A stretch of 64,000 bases of DNA from Marsupella aquatica (lineage: Eukaryota; Plantae; Marchantiophyta), in the NCBI GenBank assembly GCA_973895155.1, contig OZ316895.1, forward strand, positions 8,420,184-8,484,183. Direction: 5' to 3'. Shown one piece after another: positions 12,974-26,478 of this stretch; position 1 is the stretch's first letter; each line of letters opens with the position of its first letter. The notes below the pieces were generated by a model that was given only the letters and a program-made list of their open reading frames with translations, had not been told where the DNA came from and made no database searches. The position numbers were made by a program, and so were the translations under genes.

Positions 12974-15378
12974 TCATAGATTCTCCTGTAAGCATCCACC
13001 ACGAGTCATCCACCGCAGGGGTTTAGGGTACGGAGTGCTCTCAAAAGACATGTATAAGCTGCTGTGTCGCGCTCCAATATCGGCCTGCAAAGCTTTCTTT
13101 CTGAGAACGGGCTCCTCCTGGAAAAGCGGCGATGGAGATACCCCACGAGCTTGTTCAAGCTGTGCATCTCGTGGTTGCTCCGAGCATTTAATTTTCGCCA
13201 ATATATAAAATGAGACGGCTTCCGAGCAGTCTGCCACGGCTTCGCTCAACGATGTTCGCTCTTTCGTTCGTTCTGCAAATTATAGATATCGTGAGGTCCA
13301 CCAACACAGATCCAGGTTCGGTTCCAGACGTCGGCCACGCACGCCTCATCGAAGGAGAAGGAAGAGCCGCCGGACTCGAATGCTGGCTTGGTGCAGGTGA
13401 GACACCACATGAGTCTGAGTAGCTCAGGGTTTGAACAATGTTTACATTTTTTTTTGGTTCAGCTAGAGCACAGTTGGAAACGTACTGATCGGAGGTATCT
13501 GCGGGGGATCTGTCGGTCATGCTTGACAAGTTATGGATGTGGATACCAACAATTCTATTAGTAAATCGCAAGCTAGCGACCTTTCCACCGGTTCCAAATT
13601 ATGGAAACTGACATTTCTCCCTTGTGATTGATCTCGGTCTTTTCTTCCGGTCAACAAAAGCAGTGCACAGTTTCAACCACTATTAAAAAGTAGCAAAGAT
13701 GGAATGATCTAGATCTTCGCGTTGTTTCATTCTACACCTGGATCTACCGGAGTCGTTTGAACATACCCTAGCTCTACAGCAAGTTATCGACGTTGGTTGG
13801 TATGACTTCAATGTTCCGGTAATAAATTTATCACGAGAAGCACATATTCTTCTGCAATCTGTCGATCAGTGTTGTATTGTAGATCCCGCTACAAATCGTC
13901 GAGAAGGGGGCAGCGAGCTGAGGCACTTGCTATTCCGCAAGGAAGAAATTGACATGAAGCATGAACCATCTAGTCCTGAAGTTAGAAGTCGGTGTACCGT
14001 GCGTATGACGTACTTTGGTACGTGAAAGCTTGGGCAACCTTGTCACCTGTGGCTCTAGGGTCCATAACCAGGACTGGTGGATCGAGCTCCTGGGTACGTA
14101 CGAATGGTGATCGCACACAATTGTAGACACGAGATGCTACTTCCTTTCAGACTTCATGTCACATCGTGAAGTTGCTCTACTTCGTTCTATCTCCTGCCAT
14201 GCGCAGTCAAAGCTTAATCAGCAGTCGATCTCAAAGCAAGGTGGGCTGGCAAGCAAGCTTCGGGGTTTGTCAAGATTCTAGAATGGAGTCCGAGTAATTA
14301 TTAACGAGGGCTTCTCTGGCTTTTCGTCAAATATTTCCGTACCGAAAGACGGGTTTGGCGACTTAGATAGAAATGCAGGACCTTCTTAGCCATTTTTCCC
14401 GTTGTGAGCTCCGGTCGACTAGTTCTCTTTGCTTCGGATGTAACTCTGAGTCCGATACCAGACTAATGTCAAGAGCTGCGGATACCTCCTCGATCAGTCG
14501 ACTTCCGTTCCTCTTCTGCGGTTCATTTTTACGTTTTTCTTGTGACCTCGGTGTGCTTGCAGTTCTGATTCTACTCATCACTCTTTTCCAGTTCTAATCG
14601 TGTCCCGCGGAGTGATCTAATGTGCTTCTTGTCCGTGAAACAACTTTTCTGACTAGTAGTGAGCGTTGCCCTAGCTACCGCATGTGTTCCATTTCAGACG
14701 GTCAAAAATGTCAGAACCGTTCATCTGAATCGCTCGAATCCGTTGCCATGTGTCTGCAGAATTCTTGGAGGACAAACACCATCTGACGGCTGCATTTCTC
14801 ATCGCAATATTTTTCTTCATCTCAGCTTTCATTGTTACAACTCGGTGGGGGTGTTGGAAAGCAGCTGATCCAGGGTTGAAACCGCAGAAGCAGCTCACAT
14901 CGAAACACCCGGATCTTCAATCAAACTTGACTACTGTTGATGGTCTGTCAAATTGGACAGTTTCTATTCCGTATGCGTATAAAGTTGACCCCATCCCCAC
15001 ATCGTCGAATGAGTTGCTGAATCACTTCCCTTCCAACTTGAAAGTCGGAGTGTACGCCGGGTTTACGACTGGAGTCGGCCCCAGACGGTGAAAGTCTTTA
15101 GGGATGCTGCACACGATCATAATGGATGAAACATGCATAGCAGCGTGCGCCTGGGTTCCAGCGGCCGACCTCCACCGGGATTCGATAGTGACGAGTGTAT
15201 CTTTTATTTTAACAATTCTAACTTTGCTCGGCTAGATCTTTGGAGCAGATGGATCTAGGACATGGATTGGAAGCTTGGAAGTTGGAACCGAACCGTCCTC
15301 TAAGATTTCTCGAACCTTCGTCTGGTCTCTTCGATACGGATTGCTTTAAAGGAGCTGTCGGGGATGGGGGATATCGAT
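12974..15378 (-). pseudogene. Decayed coding-like segment (possible disrupted large last exon of the 18330 gene, or a long UTR)
   Basis: After a TTTTTCCCAG acceptor, one frame runs 236 codons (15378-14671) with only 4 internal stops. Further minus-strand 72-127 aa ORFs (14363-14581, 13188-13571, 12974-13249) follow, in CpG-retaining sequence. No recognisable domain. Confidence 0.25.
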
Positions 15379-16886
15379 CTGGGAAAAATTATGAATGTAC
15401 ACGATTGTCATTCACGTTGCATTAATGTTAGTAGTCATACGATGTACAGTAGGATACATATTCGCTATCAATGCACGTACATTTTCCGTCTTTTCAGGGA
15501 TAGACTTGTACTGTAGTATGTTGTGAGGCTACACTTAAAAATTGAGGAGCACTTCTAGGATATTATATGTGACGAGAAGTAAATATCTGCGTTGACGTGA
15601 TCTTCAAAAGACCAGATGATCACACAAGTGTTACATGCACTTTGTACGAAACCAACTCAATGAAGTTTTAACGTTTTGACTGTATCAAGCTCATTAAATT
15701 GATTGAATGACTGGCGGATCCAGTGTTCTACATCTGGATTTTGCAGAATGGTGAGTTGATTAAAGACTTAAAATAATGTGTTTACATCAGTTCAAGACTG
15801 TGGGCGAGGAGTCAAAGTTCCCAATTGCTAGCTATGGAAGCTCAAGCTTGGCTAACATTTTCTCATCGATGGGTACTCTCCTAGAAAATTTCTCATCGAG
15901 GGTACTTTCCAAGAAAACTTGCTCTACGATGTGTACTTCTCGTTGATGCGATTATAAACTGCTAGTTGCCGAATGATGGCAATTACATGAGATTTGTTTT
16001 GATGCCCATTCTTGACAACGCATGTAATCAAAGCGAATGCAATTCACTAGAGCGCCTCCGACTGCACACTGGGGCAAACGAGCTGGTTGTTTGTTGTGTT
16101 GTGAGAGCAGTGTAACTTGGCCCTGAGCGCTTGCTGGCGAACGCTTAATTAGTTTCTTGTGTTGATTGAATACCTGACAATAAAGATTTGAAAATACAAA
16201 ATACTTTTCAAGGGCCAAGGGCTGGAGAGGTACTTTGAGACACTGAGTTGATCGAGATCACTTTCGAACGCTGCAACGTATCGAGCTTCTCTAATAATAT
16301 ACCGTACGAATAGACGATTCCTTCCTTGATCTTCCTGGAACAAATGGACTGGAGCTAACAGTAAACCTAACAATCCAGGACACTTGCAGTTCCATAACAT
16401 GCTGCTGCACATGGAGTCCACATCACTGGCACCATCGACTGACAGCTAGATCGTAATGTCAATACCAAACGGGATATTTGCGTTTTTACTAGCACACCGT
16501 AAAATTACGTAAGTGGTATCTTCATCAGATATTGCTTATTTTGAAGCTACAGCGAGACGGATAAGAGCAGTCATGGTTTTGACAACGATTAAGGGTCTGT
16601 GCGGGAGATCCTAATGAGATTCATTGTACGTTTTTCTATCCTGGAGGGTTTTGCAAAAACAACCATCATTTATCCCATCACTTCGTGTGTAGCATACACT
16701 CAATCAGACCATTGATAAACATCTGATCTCGTGAAACGTGTAAGACGTTTTAGTGGAAGGGGCGTCAGCTGCACAGACAGTCCTGATGAAGAGATTGTAG
16801 AATCCTTGAAGATCATGTGGCGAGCAGAACAGGTCAGACTAAAGAAGACAAAAATCCTGTTTACTCGAAGTGGACGAGGTGGCGAC

Positions 16887-18330
16887 CTTCTTTAAAAACC
16901 GTTCACGTACTGCACATGCTCTTTCTAAATTGATGACAGAAAGAAATTATTTACAAGATAAATCTCCAGAAATTCAAGTTGGAAGGAGCATGGGAACACT
17001 ATTACACCTGACAATTGTCATCATAAAGCCAATACACCACAAAAGAGCCTGGAAAAGGGTGTTGATTCCACACTTCCATGCAAGATTCCTACAGCGACAA
17101 ATCTCCTGTATCTCTTGACCGTCAGGATACCCAGCCTCAAAATCCTTTTCTTGTTCTCTTCGAGACTCTGAACAGTTTTTTGTCGGCACAGTAATTATCT
17201 TATTCAGTTGAACTCCTATTCCTTTCAGAAGAAGACTCTCCTCAGAATCGAAGGAGTTAACCTCACCAGCCTTGCACGGCCGTTTAGTACAGCGCGTGAC
17301 ATGCCAGGCTAGCCTCTCGCAGAGCAGTGCCATCTGAGCCTACATCCACAGTACCACTACATGTTAACTACCTTCCTGCTTGACTAATTTCTGCCGTCGT
17401 GGACTGTATGTGGGCCCGACTTCAAGCCCAACATTGGAAAAAAGCGAACCATTTCGAGTCAGGAGAGGACACAAATTGAACTAATGTAGTACTTGATAAC
17501 AAGCAGCGGATATTACCAGTCAAGCTAAAACTACAGAAGATTGCTGGAAATGGTTCACATGCTCAATAAGCTACATTTAAAATGTAGCGCTCGACCTGAA
17601 GGGCGGTTGTCAATTCGCCAGACAGTGGAACCTCTCTTAATTTCTGCAGGAATATGTTCAACAAACTGGCCATGAAAAGTAGTCTGGTAAGACTGTGCCA
17701 CTCAGAAAAATGGACACTGGCATTGGTCTACCGAAAAGCTTCTAGCGGAGGAGTAGGGGCTCTCCATTTGGAACCAACTTGCAAACGTCATGCCTGTTCG
17801 ACAGTGATACCGGGATCAAGACGAACATTTCATTGATTCCACTACTGACAGTAGAATAGCTTTCATTATTCAAATTGAAGGTAAGTGACAGTCTAAACAG
17901 ATCGAATTACCTGCAAGCTCTCAATTTCTTGAATCTCCAAAGTCTCCACTTTAGCACTCAACTGCGACGCTTTGCTTTCTTGTCCAGTAACTGCTTTTGC
18001 GAAGGAATTAACTTCGTGATCAAAACTTGATGGCAGATAATGATCCTGGTTTAGAGCAGGCTCCACAGGCGATGGCTCATTTTGTTTCAACCAAAAACCT
18101 TGTTTCACATTAGCTTCATCTACGTGAGCTCTGGGCACACCACTTGGTGGTCTTCTGGCAGCACTTTCTCCATTTTCTGGTAGACGCATCGTACATCGAT
18201 GGACTGAAGACACATGATTTGAAATGCCGCTGAAACTGCCTGCCCTATCAACAGAACCGCAGCATTGCTCTCTCGGGTCTTGACTCCGTCTGATCGACCG
18301 AGTGTTTACTTGTAGTCTTTCTGCATGCAC
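16887..18330 (-). CDS. Putative uncharacterised spliced gene, 5' part (exons 18330-17911, 17643-17596, 17333-17267, possibly 16924-16887); 3' end unresolved
   Basis: A 140-codon ATG-initiated exon ends CAG|GTAATT. It is followed by phase-compatible AG-flanked exons encoding KLREVPLSGELTTALQ / MALLCERLAWHVTRCTKRPCKA / ERACAVRERFLKK. Confidence 0.45.
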
Positions 18331-18647
18331 ATGCGACCAGCTGGACGTTACTTGAGATCATGTGAGGGTTTGAGTTTAACCCAGGCGGAATGTTCCTGGA
18401 CTTTATCCAGCTGAAGTTTTACTGGGGCCGGGCAAATCTCAAGGAGGCAAACAAACCTAGGAAGTTAGAGGAAGAAGAGAGATGTATAGGTATTACAGTT
18501 TGGGAAAGTAAGACTGGGCGAATGGTAAAGATATATGATGGGTCGAGATGGGCGCTCACACAACTGGGAACAGTACAAGAGGTTGAGGCAAATTGGACGT
18601 CAGCTCGTTACGCAAATGGTGGACGAACGCAGAAATTTAGGCGTGGT

Positions 18648-18801
18648 ACTCTTCAGTGCCGATTTGGAATGAGATGATTAATACAAACTCAGATGGAATC
18701 TTAATTATCTGTGAGGGGCAACTGGAACTCTTCAGTGCCGATTTGGAATGAGATGATTAATACAAACTCAGATGGAATCTTATCTGTGAGGGGCAACTGG
18801 A
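18648..18801. repeat. 79/75-bp tandem duplication
   Basis: actcttcagtgccgatttggaatgagatg... occurs at 18648 and 18727; the copies differ by a 4-bp indel. Confidence 0.95.
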
Positions 18802-21800
18802 AGACTGACTGATTGATCAGAAGATTGCGATTCTCTTGAAATCACGAGGGAGCGAAATTCCTGTAAATTTCATTCTGTCCTGGTCGTAACTGGGGACGTT
18901 AAGGGAATGCAACGTGTTCACTTATTGTTCGAATCGCTTCCCCCCAACCTACGGTCAAACTTCAAGTGGTTCAACTCAGCCTAGCCTGATTGACTTTACC
19001 GCCCAGCCGCTACTCTAAGCTTTGAGACTGTGGCGGGGACTATGGCCCCATCACCGCAGTCTACCTCCTCCACTGCAATCTTCAAAGACAGCCTGGGTGG
19101 ATAAATGTTTTGCGTTCCATATTCTGCACGTCAAAAGCCTCTGTTGATCTACCTAAAGACTCACCAAGTGAAATTTCAGGTGTCGTCTCGTGCTTACAAA
19201 ATTAACTGTCTGGCATCAGCGTGGGCCGATGAGAACAAGTTCAGAAAGCTTCAAACAATCCTGAAGTTGATTGAGTTACCGCTTTCAAAGTTTTAATGTG
19301 AGTGCAGGACTGAAGGCAATGTGGATTTCCTTTCAAGTGGGGGCCGGAGGGGGGGGGGGGGGGGGGGGGCGGGGCCGGGGCCGGTCTCAGACAATATCTA
19401 CGACAGAAATCAGCAATTTCGATCTAAAGCCAAGTCAATTACAGTATACCCCTTCAAGAAACGCACATGAAACGACCTTGTCCGTGCATCAGCTGACCAC
19501 CCAATAAGTTTGCTTTTGTTAAAATTTTCGTCTCTTTGTTGTCCTCGCCTAAGAATGTACGCAAGATCCACAGTTTGATGTCAAGTCCATTAAGCTCAGT
19601 TAAGCCCATACAATGTAATGGACATACTCTATGCCCTTTGGATATAAATGAGACAAATAATTGTCTGACACAAGTAGGACAATGTGTTGGCCCACCATTT
19701 GGGACATGGGTTGTGACAAATGTCCCCCTTATCCCAAAACATTGATATAAGCAGGCCTGGTACAGGCCGTCCCATTTCCTCTGACTAGTGTAGATTGAGT
19801 ACAGAGGGCAATTTTTTTATACCTTCTAAACTTGATTTATCTAACAAAAATGGAACTCATCCTTGCTTTCCTGTGTCTTCATGTCCCTTAGATGATTGAC
19901 CCAGAGCACAATTAGAATCGGGTTAAACAGTAAGCCAGTGAAGATACAGTAGGTGCCCTTGCAAGTAGTAATATCTTCATTGACTTTCACAACATGATTG
20001 ATGTCCTTTAATCATAGAAAGTTCTCTAATAGCTTTTCAAGCATAATTAGAGTCTACTAGCCTGAAGCCCATCCTTTGGATTTCAATAATTGCTGGGAAA
20101 AAGAAAAAGTTACTTTCATATCCCACCCCCACACTTGAGAGTAGGCTTTCGCCCCAACTTGGCTGAAGTCATGTTCTAGGGGCTTCACTCTAGACCACAG
20201 CCCTTACAGACTCTAGCCTCTCTTGGAACTTATATAATAAGATGGGCAAATATTGTTATCTTGTAGAGGGTTTGGAGGGTAGGATGATGGTGCACAGTCC
20301 TCTGTCCAAGTCATTATGGAGCAAAGTTAGAGTTTGAAAAGGAATCTAAACATGTGAGGAGCATTACAATTTAGGGTTAACCATTGATTCTGGTAGGTAA
20401 ATATAACTTTTCTTGTTCTTAAAAAATTAAAAACCCTTTAGGACTTGGTTGGGTTGCGTTTATCATTTAAACTCTGAATTTGATTTGTTCAATGGATCCA
20501 AACCACAGAAATGGTAGAGTTCCTGTCCAGTTGTCCCACTAGTTCTGGAGAAGGTGGAGTGTTTAAAGTCATGGAGGAGCTCATACGAAGCTCTCACAAA
20601 ATGTCAGCAATTGATTGGGCTGAACCTTGTCACATTGGACCCTCAAGATTAAAACTATGCCATCACTCATTGTCAAGGAGTTGAATGAGAGTTCTCAAAC
20701 AAGGTTGCTCAGTGTGAGCTCAAGAACAGTATTCATATGGCACCACTTCATGTATGGTTGTACTCGCAGTGTGGAATGTGTATAATTTGTGCTTTGGCAC
20801 ACAATTATGTTTGGCAAGACATAAAGTGTTCAAGTAGAGGTTTTGTTGGAATTGAATAAAGTTCTTTTAGTAGAGTTTTGCTTCCATTTCAACCTTCAAG
20901 CCAAGAGATGCTTTTTAAGAGGAGAGGAGAGGAGAGGAACCTTTGGAAAAAGGAGGCGAGAAATCCCACAATCTTTTGGGCTGGGAGGCCTTGCAAAGGT
21001 CCCAGGGCCGTTTAGGAGGCGAGAAACACTTTCGTGGTCGATTATTCTTGGGACAAAACTCCAGCAAACTGTCTCGCTCAAGTTGGCCGTCCATGAGAAC
21101 CATGTCTTCTCTGCCTGTTGCAGGAGTGCTGGAAAAATTCTCTCGGTCTGGCCATGATCCATGGCCTCCCTGCCGCAAGATTGAAAGATGACCTCGACCC
21201 AGCATTATATTGAGCTTACTCCAACTCGCAATTCGAACGAATTTGATATCTGCCCTCATTCAACACAACAATAGTTCATTATCCTCGTGCGACTTTTGGG
21301 AAATAAGCAAGCTACAGTAATAAACCTAAAGAACTCCTCAACCAGTCCATTCTGTCTTAACCTTTGCAGTTGGAAGCGTCAGGCGCACTAGGAGAGTAAT
21401 TTGAAGATTAGTAAAACTGCCGCTTCGAATGAACTGTTGGGACCAATATCTTGTGAAATGTCCGAAACCACAGTTCTAACGTAAATAACTCCAACACCAG
21501 AACCAGTCCATTCTATCTTAACCTCATTGCAGACGTGTCGTGGGCACCAAAAGAGTGATTCACAATTTCATGAATGGAAGTTAAATGACCGATCGAATGA
21601 ACACACGGTGGATTCCGAACTAAGGCGTCATGTTGACATGAGATTGTCCGTTCTGATCAAGGGGAATTTATTGCTATTCCAGGATCAACACGCAAAATGA
21701 TTCGTTTCTTTTTGCACAACTGTTCACAATTTTAACATGAATCTTGCTCAAAGAATAGATATTATTCTACATAATCATGATTGCTACAATCATTATGATC

Positions 21801-22547
21801 TTCAAATTCTATGCATCCAGGTTGATGAGTAATAGATACCTGGTAGGCCTATGATTGCTGATCATGCGCCTTGAAATGGATGGCGACCAGGTCAAATCAT
21901 CACACTCGTAGTCCATCACTAAATTCCGAACAACCTGTTCTGCATCGAGATTTGTGATTTTTAATCATCCCGATTCCAACCTGTCAACTTGCATTGATCA
22001 TAGCTAAACCGAACCCATCCTGTCGTTTTGCCACATTTTCACGGGATGCTTTCTATGCAAGCAGGGCTTTGTCGACCCACAGGCAATAATTAATTCCTAT
22101 GATAAAGTCTAACAATGGACCTCACTTTTGGGTCGAGATAGAGCCAACGTTTAAAGTTCTTTTCTTTCCATTTTCGCCAGTGTGGCCAATCACCTTGTGA
22201 GAAGGAGAAGATGCCAGGAATATTCTGTTCTCTTTATACTACATTCATTTTTAACCATCAGATCTTGGGGTATTGAAGGATGACCCTAGATTCAAGGAAA
22301 CTGGCTAATGGGAGACAGAAAACTAAGCTAAAAGTGGGCAAACTTTTACGAGAGGTCAAATCGAGCAAAATAAGCTGGTCACGCTCGAGAGGATTGACAT
22401 TCAGCATGTCTACTGTGTTCTAAGAGCAAGCTTAATTTCTAGCATTTTTGCTTTTGGGTTGCAATTGCCACCTTGTGTGAAGGCGAAGATGCTGAAAGTA
22501 TTCCTTGTTTGTTATTAGACTGACTTATGCCTGGCTGTTGAAAGTGA

Positions 22548-23040
22548 TGCTCCCATGGGCCGAGACCATAAACCATGCAACCCCATGGACCATCACACTT
22601 TTCTCATTCACTCATGACACCCTTCTTGTTTCCAAGATGTTTTCAGTAGTAAAGGTTGACCCTCAATCCAGCGGAATTGGCTATTCTTGGAAGTGGCTTG
22701 CATAGTCTAATATATCTAGTTTTCATAGCTCTATCACTTACTGTCCACACTTTATGCTTCCAAAAACATTTTAGCAGCTAAGTAAGGTTGGAATTTAGTA
22801 TCAAGGACATCCAATGGAACCTTATTTCCCCACATTTGCTAGAAGGGCATGGAAAGAGTTTTTGAATGAGCCTACTATCTCAAATCTCATTGGGAATTTG
22901 ACAACTTTTCCATTTTCTGTGCAATATGTACTATACCAACAGAGGTTTGCTGCAGTCCATCTGGTTGCAAAAATCTATCCTAAGCTTTTGGCAAATGTGG
23001 AGGTCCATATGGACTTCAATTTCATATGTTGTTGAAGTAA
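22548..23040. repeat. Dispersed repeat family, copy 1 (other copies ~40505-41110 and ~59955-60420)
   Basis: Shared motifs: tcccatgg...gag.cc...aaccatgcaa.cccatgg; a .ttcc.aaa...tttagc...ttgacattcagta-like block; a ggaaa.a..tttcc.atga block; and tgcaatatgtac...gtccatctgg (copies 1 and 2). Confidence 0.6.
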
Positions 23041-23808
23041 AAAAAGGAAATTGTATAGAAAAATAATTTATGGCAATGCCACACTACGCTGAGTAAAAAT
23101 AGATGAAATTGTGGCGCACATGATGACCTGATCGTCTCTACAGTGCTCAGTACACTAAGTAACCTTTGGAGTTGGGATTATTTTGTCTATCTAAGCTCAC
23201 ACGTTATTGTGATTCCTCTGTTGGATTTGGGTCAGCATTTAGCTTTGGTGACGAAAACTAGCTAGATTCCACCTTTCTAGAAAGTCTTAGCCACTTTTAG
23301 CCAAAATGGGATAGGCTTTTCGTCTTCCATATGCCAGTTTCACACCTAGCCACATGCTAGAATCCAATGGTTATCCTTAAATCTGGAGATCTAAAGGTCG
23401 TCAATAAGTTTGATTAGATCTCGAGCATCTTCTTGTTCACACAAGGTGCCAATGGCCACCCTGGCGAAAAAGAAAAAACCTTAAAGTAGCGCTGATTTGG
23501 GTGTCACTGGGTGTCATCACTCATAGTGTTTACGTTCACCTGCACGTATATATATACTGTAGAGTTTGTAGCTATTTCTTCAATCATCTTATAGCCTTGT
23601 CTGTGTCAGGACTGGTGTTGTCGTTTTTTTTAACTGTAGATATACTGGTAACCAAACTTCCCATATATCATATTATAGCCTTGTCTGTGTGTCAGGTGTT
23701 GTCTTTTTGTTAGTTTCTTACTCTACAGAGATTGTTAGCCAAACTTCCCATCTACCCTACTTCATTTCACATTGTCAACGAGGTTCTGTAGTTTCTGACT
23801 CATCATCT

Positions 23809-23933
23809 GATCATCAGGGTTTAGTATAATATACACGCAGTTGTTTCTAACTCATCGTCAGGGTTTAGTATAATATACACACAGTTGTTTCTAACTCATC
23901 GTCAGGGTTTAGTATAAGATACACGAAGTTGTT
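23809..23933. repeat. 44-bp tandem repeat x3 (preceded by an ~85-bp duplication at ~23586-23751)
   Basis: gggtttagtataa.atacac occurs at 23817, 23861 and 23905. Confidence 0.92.
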
Positions 23934-26035
23934 ATTCAACATTAGAGTTTTTGTAGAAGCAGATGAGTCAGCAGTCATTTTGGTGAGTCATGGTGAGTCA
24001 TCACTGAAGGTGACTCAATGTTCCAACTCAAGATCAACTTCTGCCTGTTCAAAATATTGGCAGACACTGCATGAATACTTCCATTAGTGGCTGTACCACA
24101 AGTCACCTGAGTTCTTCTGGGCAAGCTTAGAAAGCTCAATCATGGAGACTTTGCACAGTTGGGCAAGAGAAAATTAGTTGCTTGATTCAGGCTTTCCCCA
24201 ACGGCTTTGCTCTATTCTCTGACTATATACTTAGTTGTCAGTTTCAGGCAAAATTTGGTGAGAAAAGGTAACATGTGCCTCCTAGGTCTTGTAAAGCCAC
24301 CTTTTTTTAGCCATAACCCCCCTGGCCAGCTTGACTTGAGTATTATTTAATTTAAATCTCCATGCATGCTACTGGCACAGATCTGTGCATCTTGGGGGAC
24401 CCAATGTATAGGATAATGGCAATCTGGTCTGGGTTACTAGTCTATAATTGTGTGACCAGAAAGTGCAGAAAACCAACCTGACAGGCAGGGAAGTTTCAGA
24501 CTAGAACCCCTGCCCAGACTTCCATTATAGTATGTAATTGCTGACTAGGAAAAGATAATTTTTGGGCAAATATATTATGGGAATAGAAGGTACCTTCAAA
24601 AATGGGTACACACTCCATTATAGTATGTAATTGTTGTCTGGAAAAATAGGTACATACCCTAGTTTATAGTCTGTAATGGCTGTCAGGACAAAGGTCTTCT
24701 GGGCAAGACATTATGAGTTTACACACAGGAAAAAGGTGGCAAGAGATCGTGGGTATCTCCAAAAATCGCTACTGTACACATTCCCTTACAGTAAATACTT
24801 ATTTTCTAGAATAAGGTTACTTCCGGGTACCTTGAAATATGGAGATTATGCGTACCTTAAAAAATGGGTACACACCGGTACCCGGCATTCCCCTACAAAA
24901 ATACATTCCCTACACAAATTCCGCCAGGGAATGACTGCGTGGTGACGGTCATGGTGACCAGCTCCCCCTCCGTGAAGGAATTGTTGTCTTCGTAATAATA
25001 AGCGAAGTGGCACTTCTTTCTCCTTGACACTTGTGGGGTTGGGTCGGTGCGGTATCCAGGTTCTGAGCAAGGCAGGTGATGGTCTTGTAAGACGAAGATG
25101 CCTTGGGGTCGAACTGAAATTAAGTTGCTTCGATACCGATCAGTTCTCGATCCTGAATCACCTACAGTTTCTGCTGTCCTTCATTTGGTGGCACTTTTAC
25201 AGTGCAGTTGTGCTTCGTTCTTGTTTATCGAATACAGCTATCGAGCGAAATAATGCTGTATACTGTCAGTGCATACATCAATCCAGCAAAACAGTCCGTG
25301 TGAGCAAAATGGATATTCGAATTATTCACTCCATCATCTGAGCTTGGTTATAGGCAAAATTACGCTCACTATAAATGAATTCACGTACTGAGCAAAAGCC
25401 TGACGTAGTATCCGTCCCGACAGTACCTTGGAACTGGTTGTCATTCAAGCTATTCAATCCCTCTCTCTGGGAATAGATTGAATGACTTGGAAAAGCTTGG
25501 CTACCAAACAAGTGGAGACACTCTTAGTAGGGAGTCCCTGATTACCTCATGGTCCACCAAATATCAACCCTTTGGATTACTTCCAGTGCTTTCCTAAGGA
25601 TTCCAAAGTCCAGCCTAAGCGGTTGCCCCAACGGGACTTCGGACAGCCAGTCTGAGGATCCCATCTACCCCACCCAATGCGCAAATTGTCAATTTCCCCG
25701 ACAAGTGTGAGGAAGTTTGGTGAGTCAACTGGAGCAAAGGAAATGGGCAACCCCAGCAAAAAGCAAGGAAACCTGCAAAAGACAAGGACAACTGGTGGCC
25801 AGACCTCGCAAGCTGTGGGTACTAGCAATCTAGGCCCAGCCGACAAGAGGTACTGGCTAGTCTCTTAACAAGCCAGATGGTACTATTTAGCTAGCCCCTA
25901 AGGATCAATCGAGCAAACTGGCAACTGGGATCCCACAGACACGGCAGTTTTGGCAATTTGCCCACAAGCTTTCAAATATTTTCTTTGTATCGAACCGCCA
26001 AGGGAGACTCTTTTCCTCAGTGAAGTGGACAAAGC

Positions 26036-26478
26036 CAAATGACTCATGGGTCATTTTGTCTCGGGTTCAGGTTGAGTTAAGTTTCCAACCAGACGTCAAT
26101 CCGTCATGTTCAAAGTGAGTTACAGGTCATTTTGATGCGGGTTGAGGGTGAGTTAAGTTTCCCATCATGTCAATCTGTCCTTATTCAAAGTGAGGCATGT
26201 GTCAATTGACTTAGGTTCAGAGTGAGTTGAGTTTCCAACCCAACGTTTATCGGACCATGTCCAAAGCGGGGTTCAAAGTGGGTCGCCAGTCATTTTGATC
26301 CTGGTTCAGGGTGAGTTGAGTTTCCAACCCAACATCAATCCGTCGGTGAGGTTCAAAGTGAGTGGTGGTCAATTTGACTCAGGTTCAGAGTAAGTTGAGT
26401 TTCCAACCAACGTCCATCCATCGGTGTTCAAAGTAAGTCGTGGGTCATTCTGACTCAGGTCCAGGATGAGTTAAGTTT
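26036..26478. repeat. Degenerate ~75-bp tandem repeat, about 6 copies
   Basis: Repeated gtcattttga..c.ggttcagggtgagtt(a/g)agtttccaacc.acgtcaatcc.tc..gttcaaagtgag. Confidence 0.9.

Noticed and set aside
20843-21259. Overlapping ORFs with an internal FSPP/KRxWD repeat
   Set aside because: They start at non-ATG codons or are short, there is no splice support, and the repeat is explained by a small DNA duplication.
23809-26478. Regularly spaced repeats that might be read as CRISPR arrays
   Set aside because: The whole unit repeats with no unique spacers, the context is eukaryotic, and no cas genes are present.
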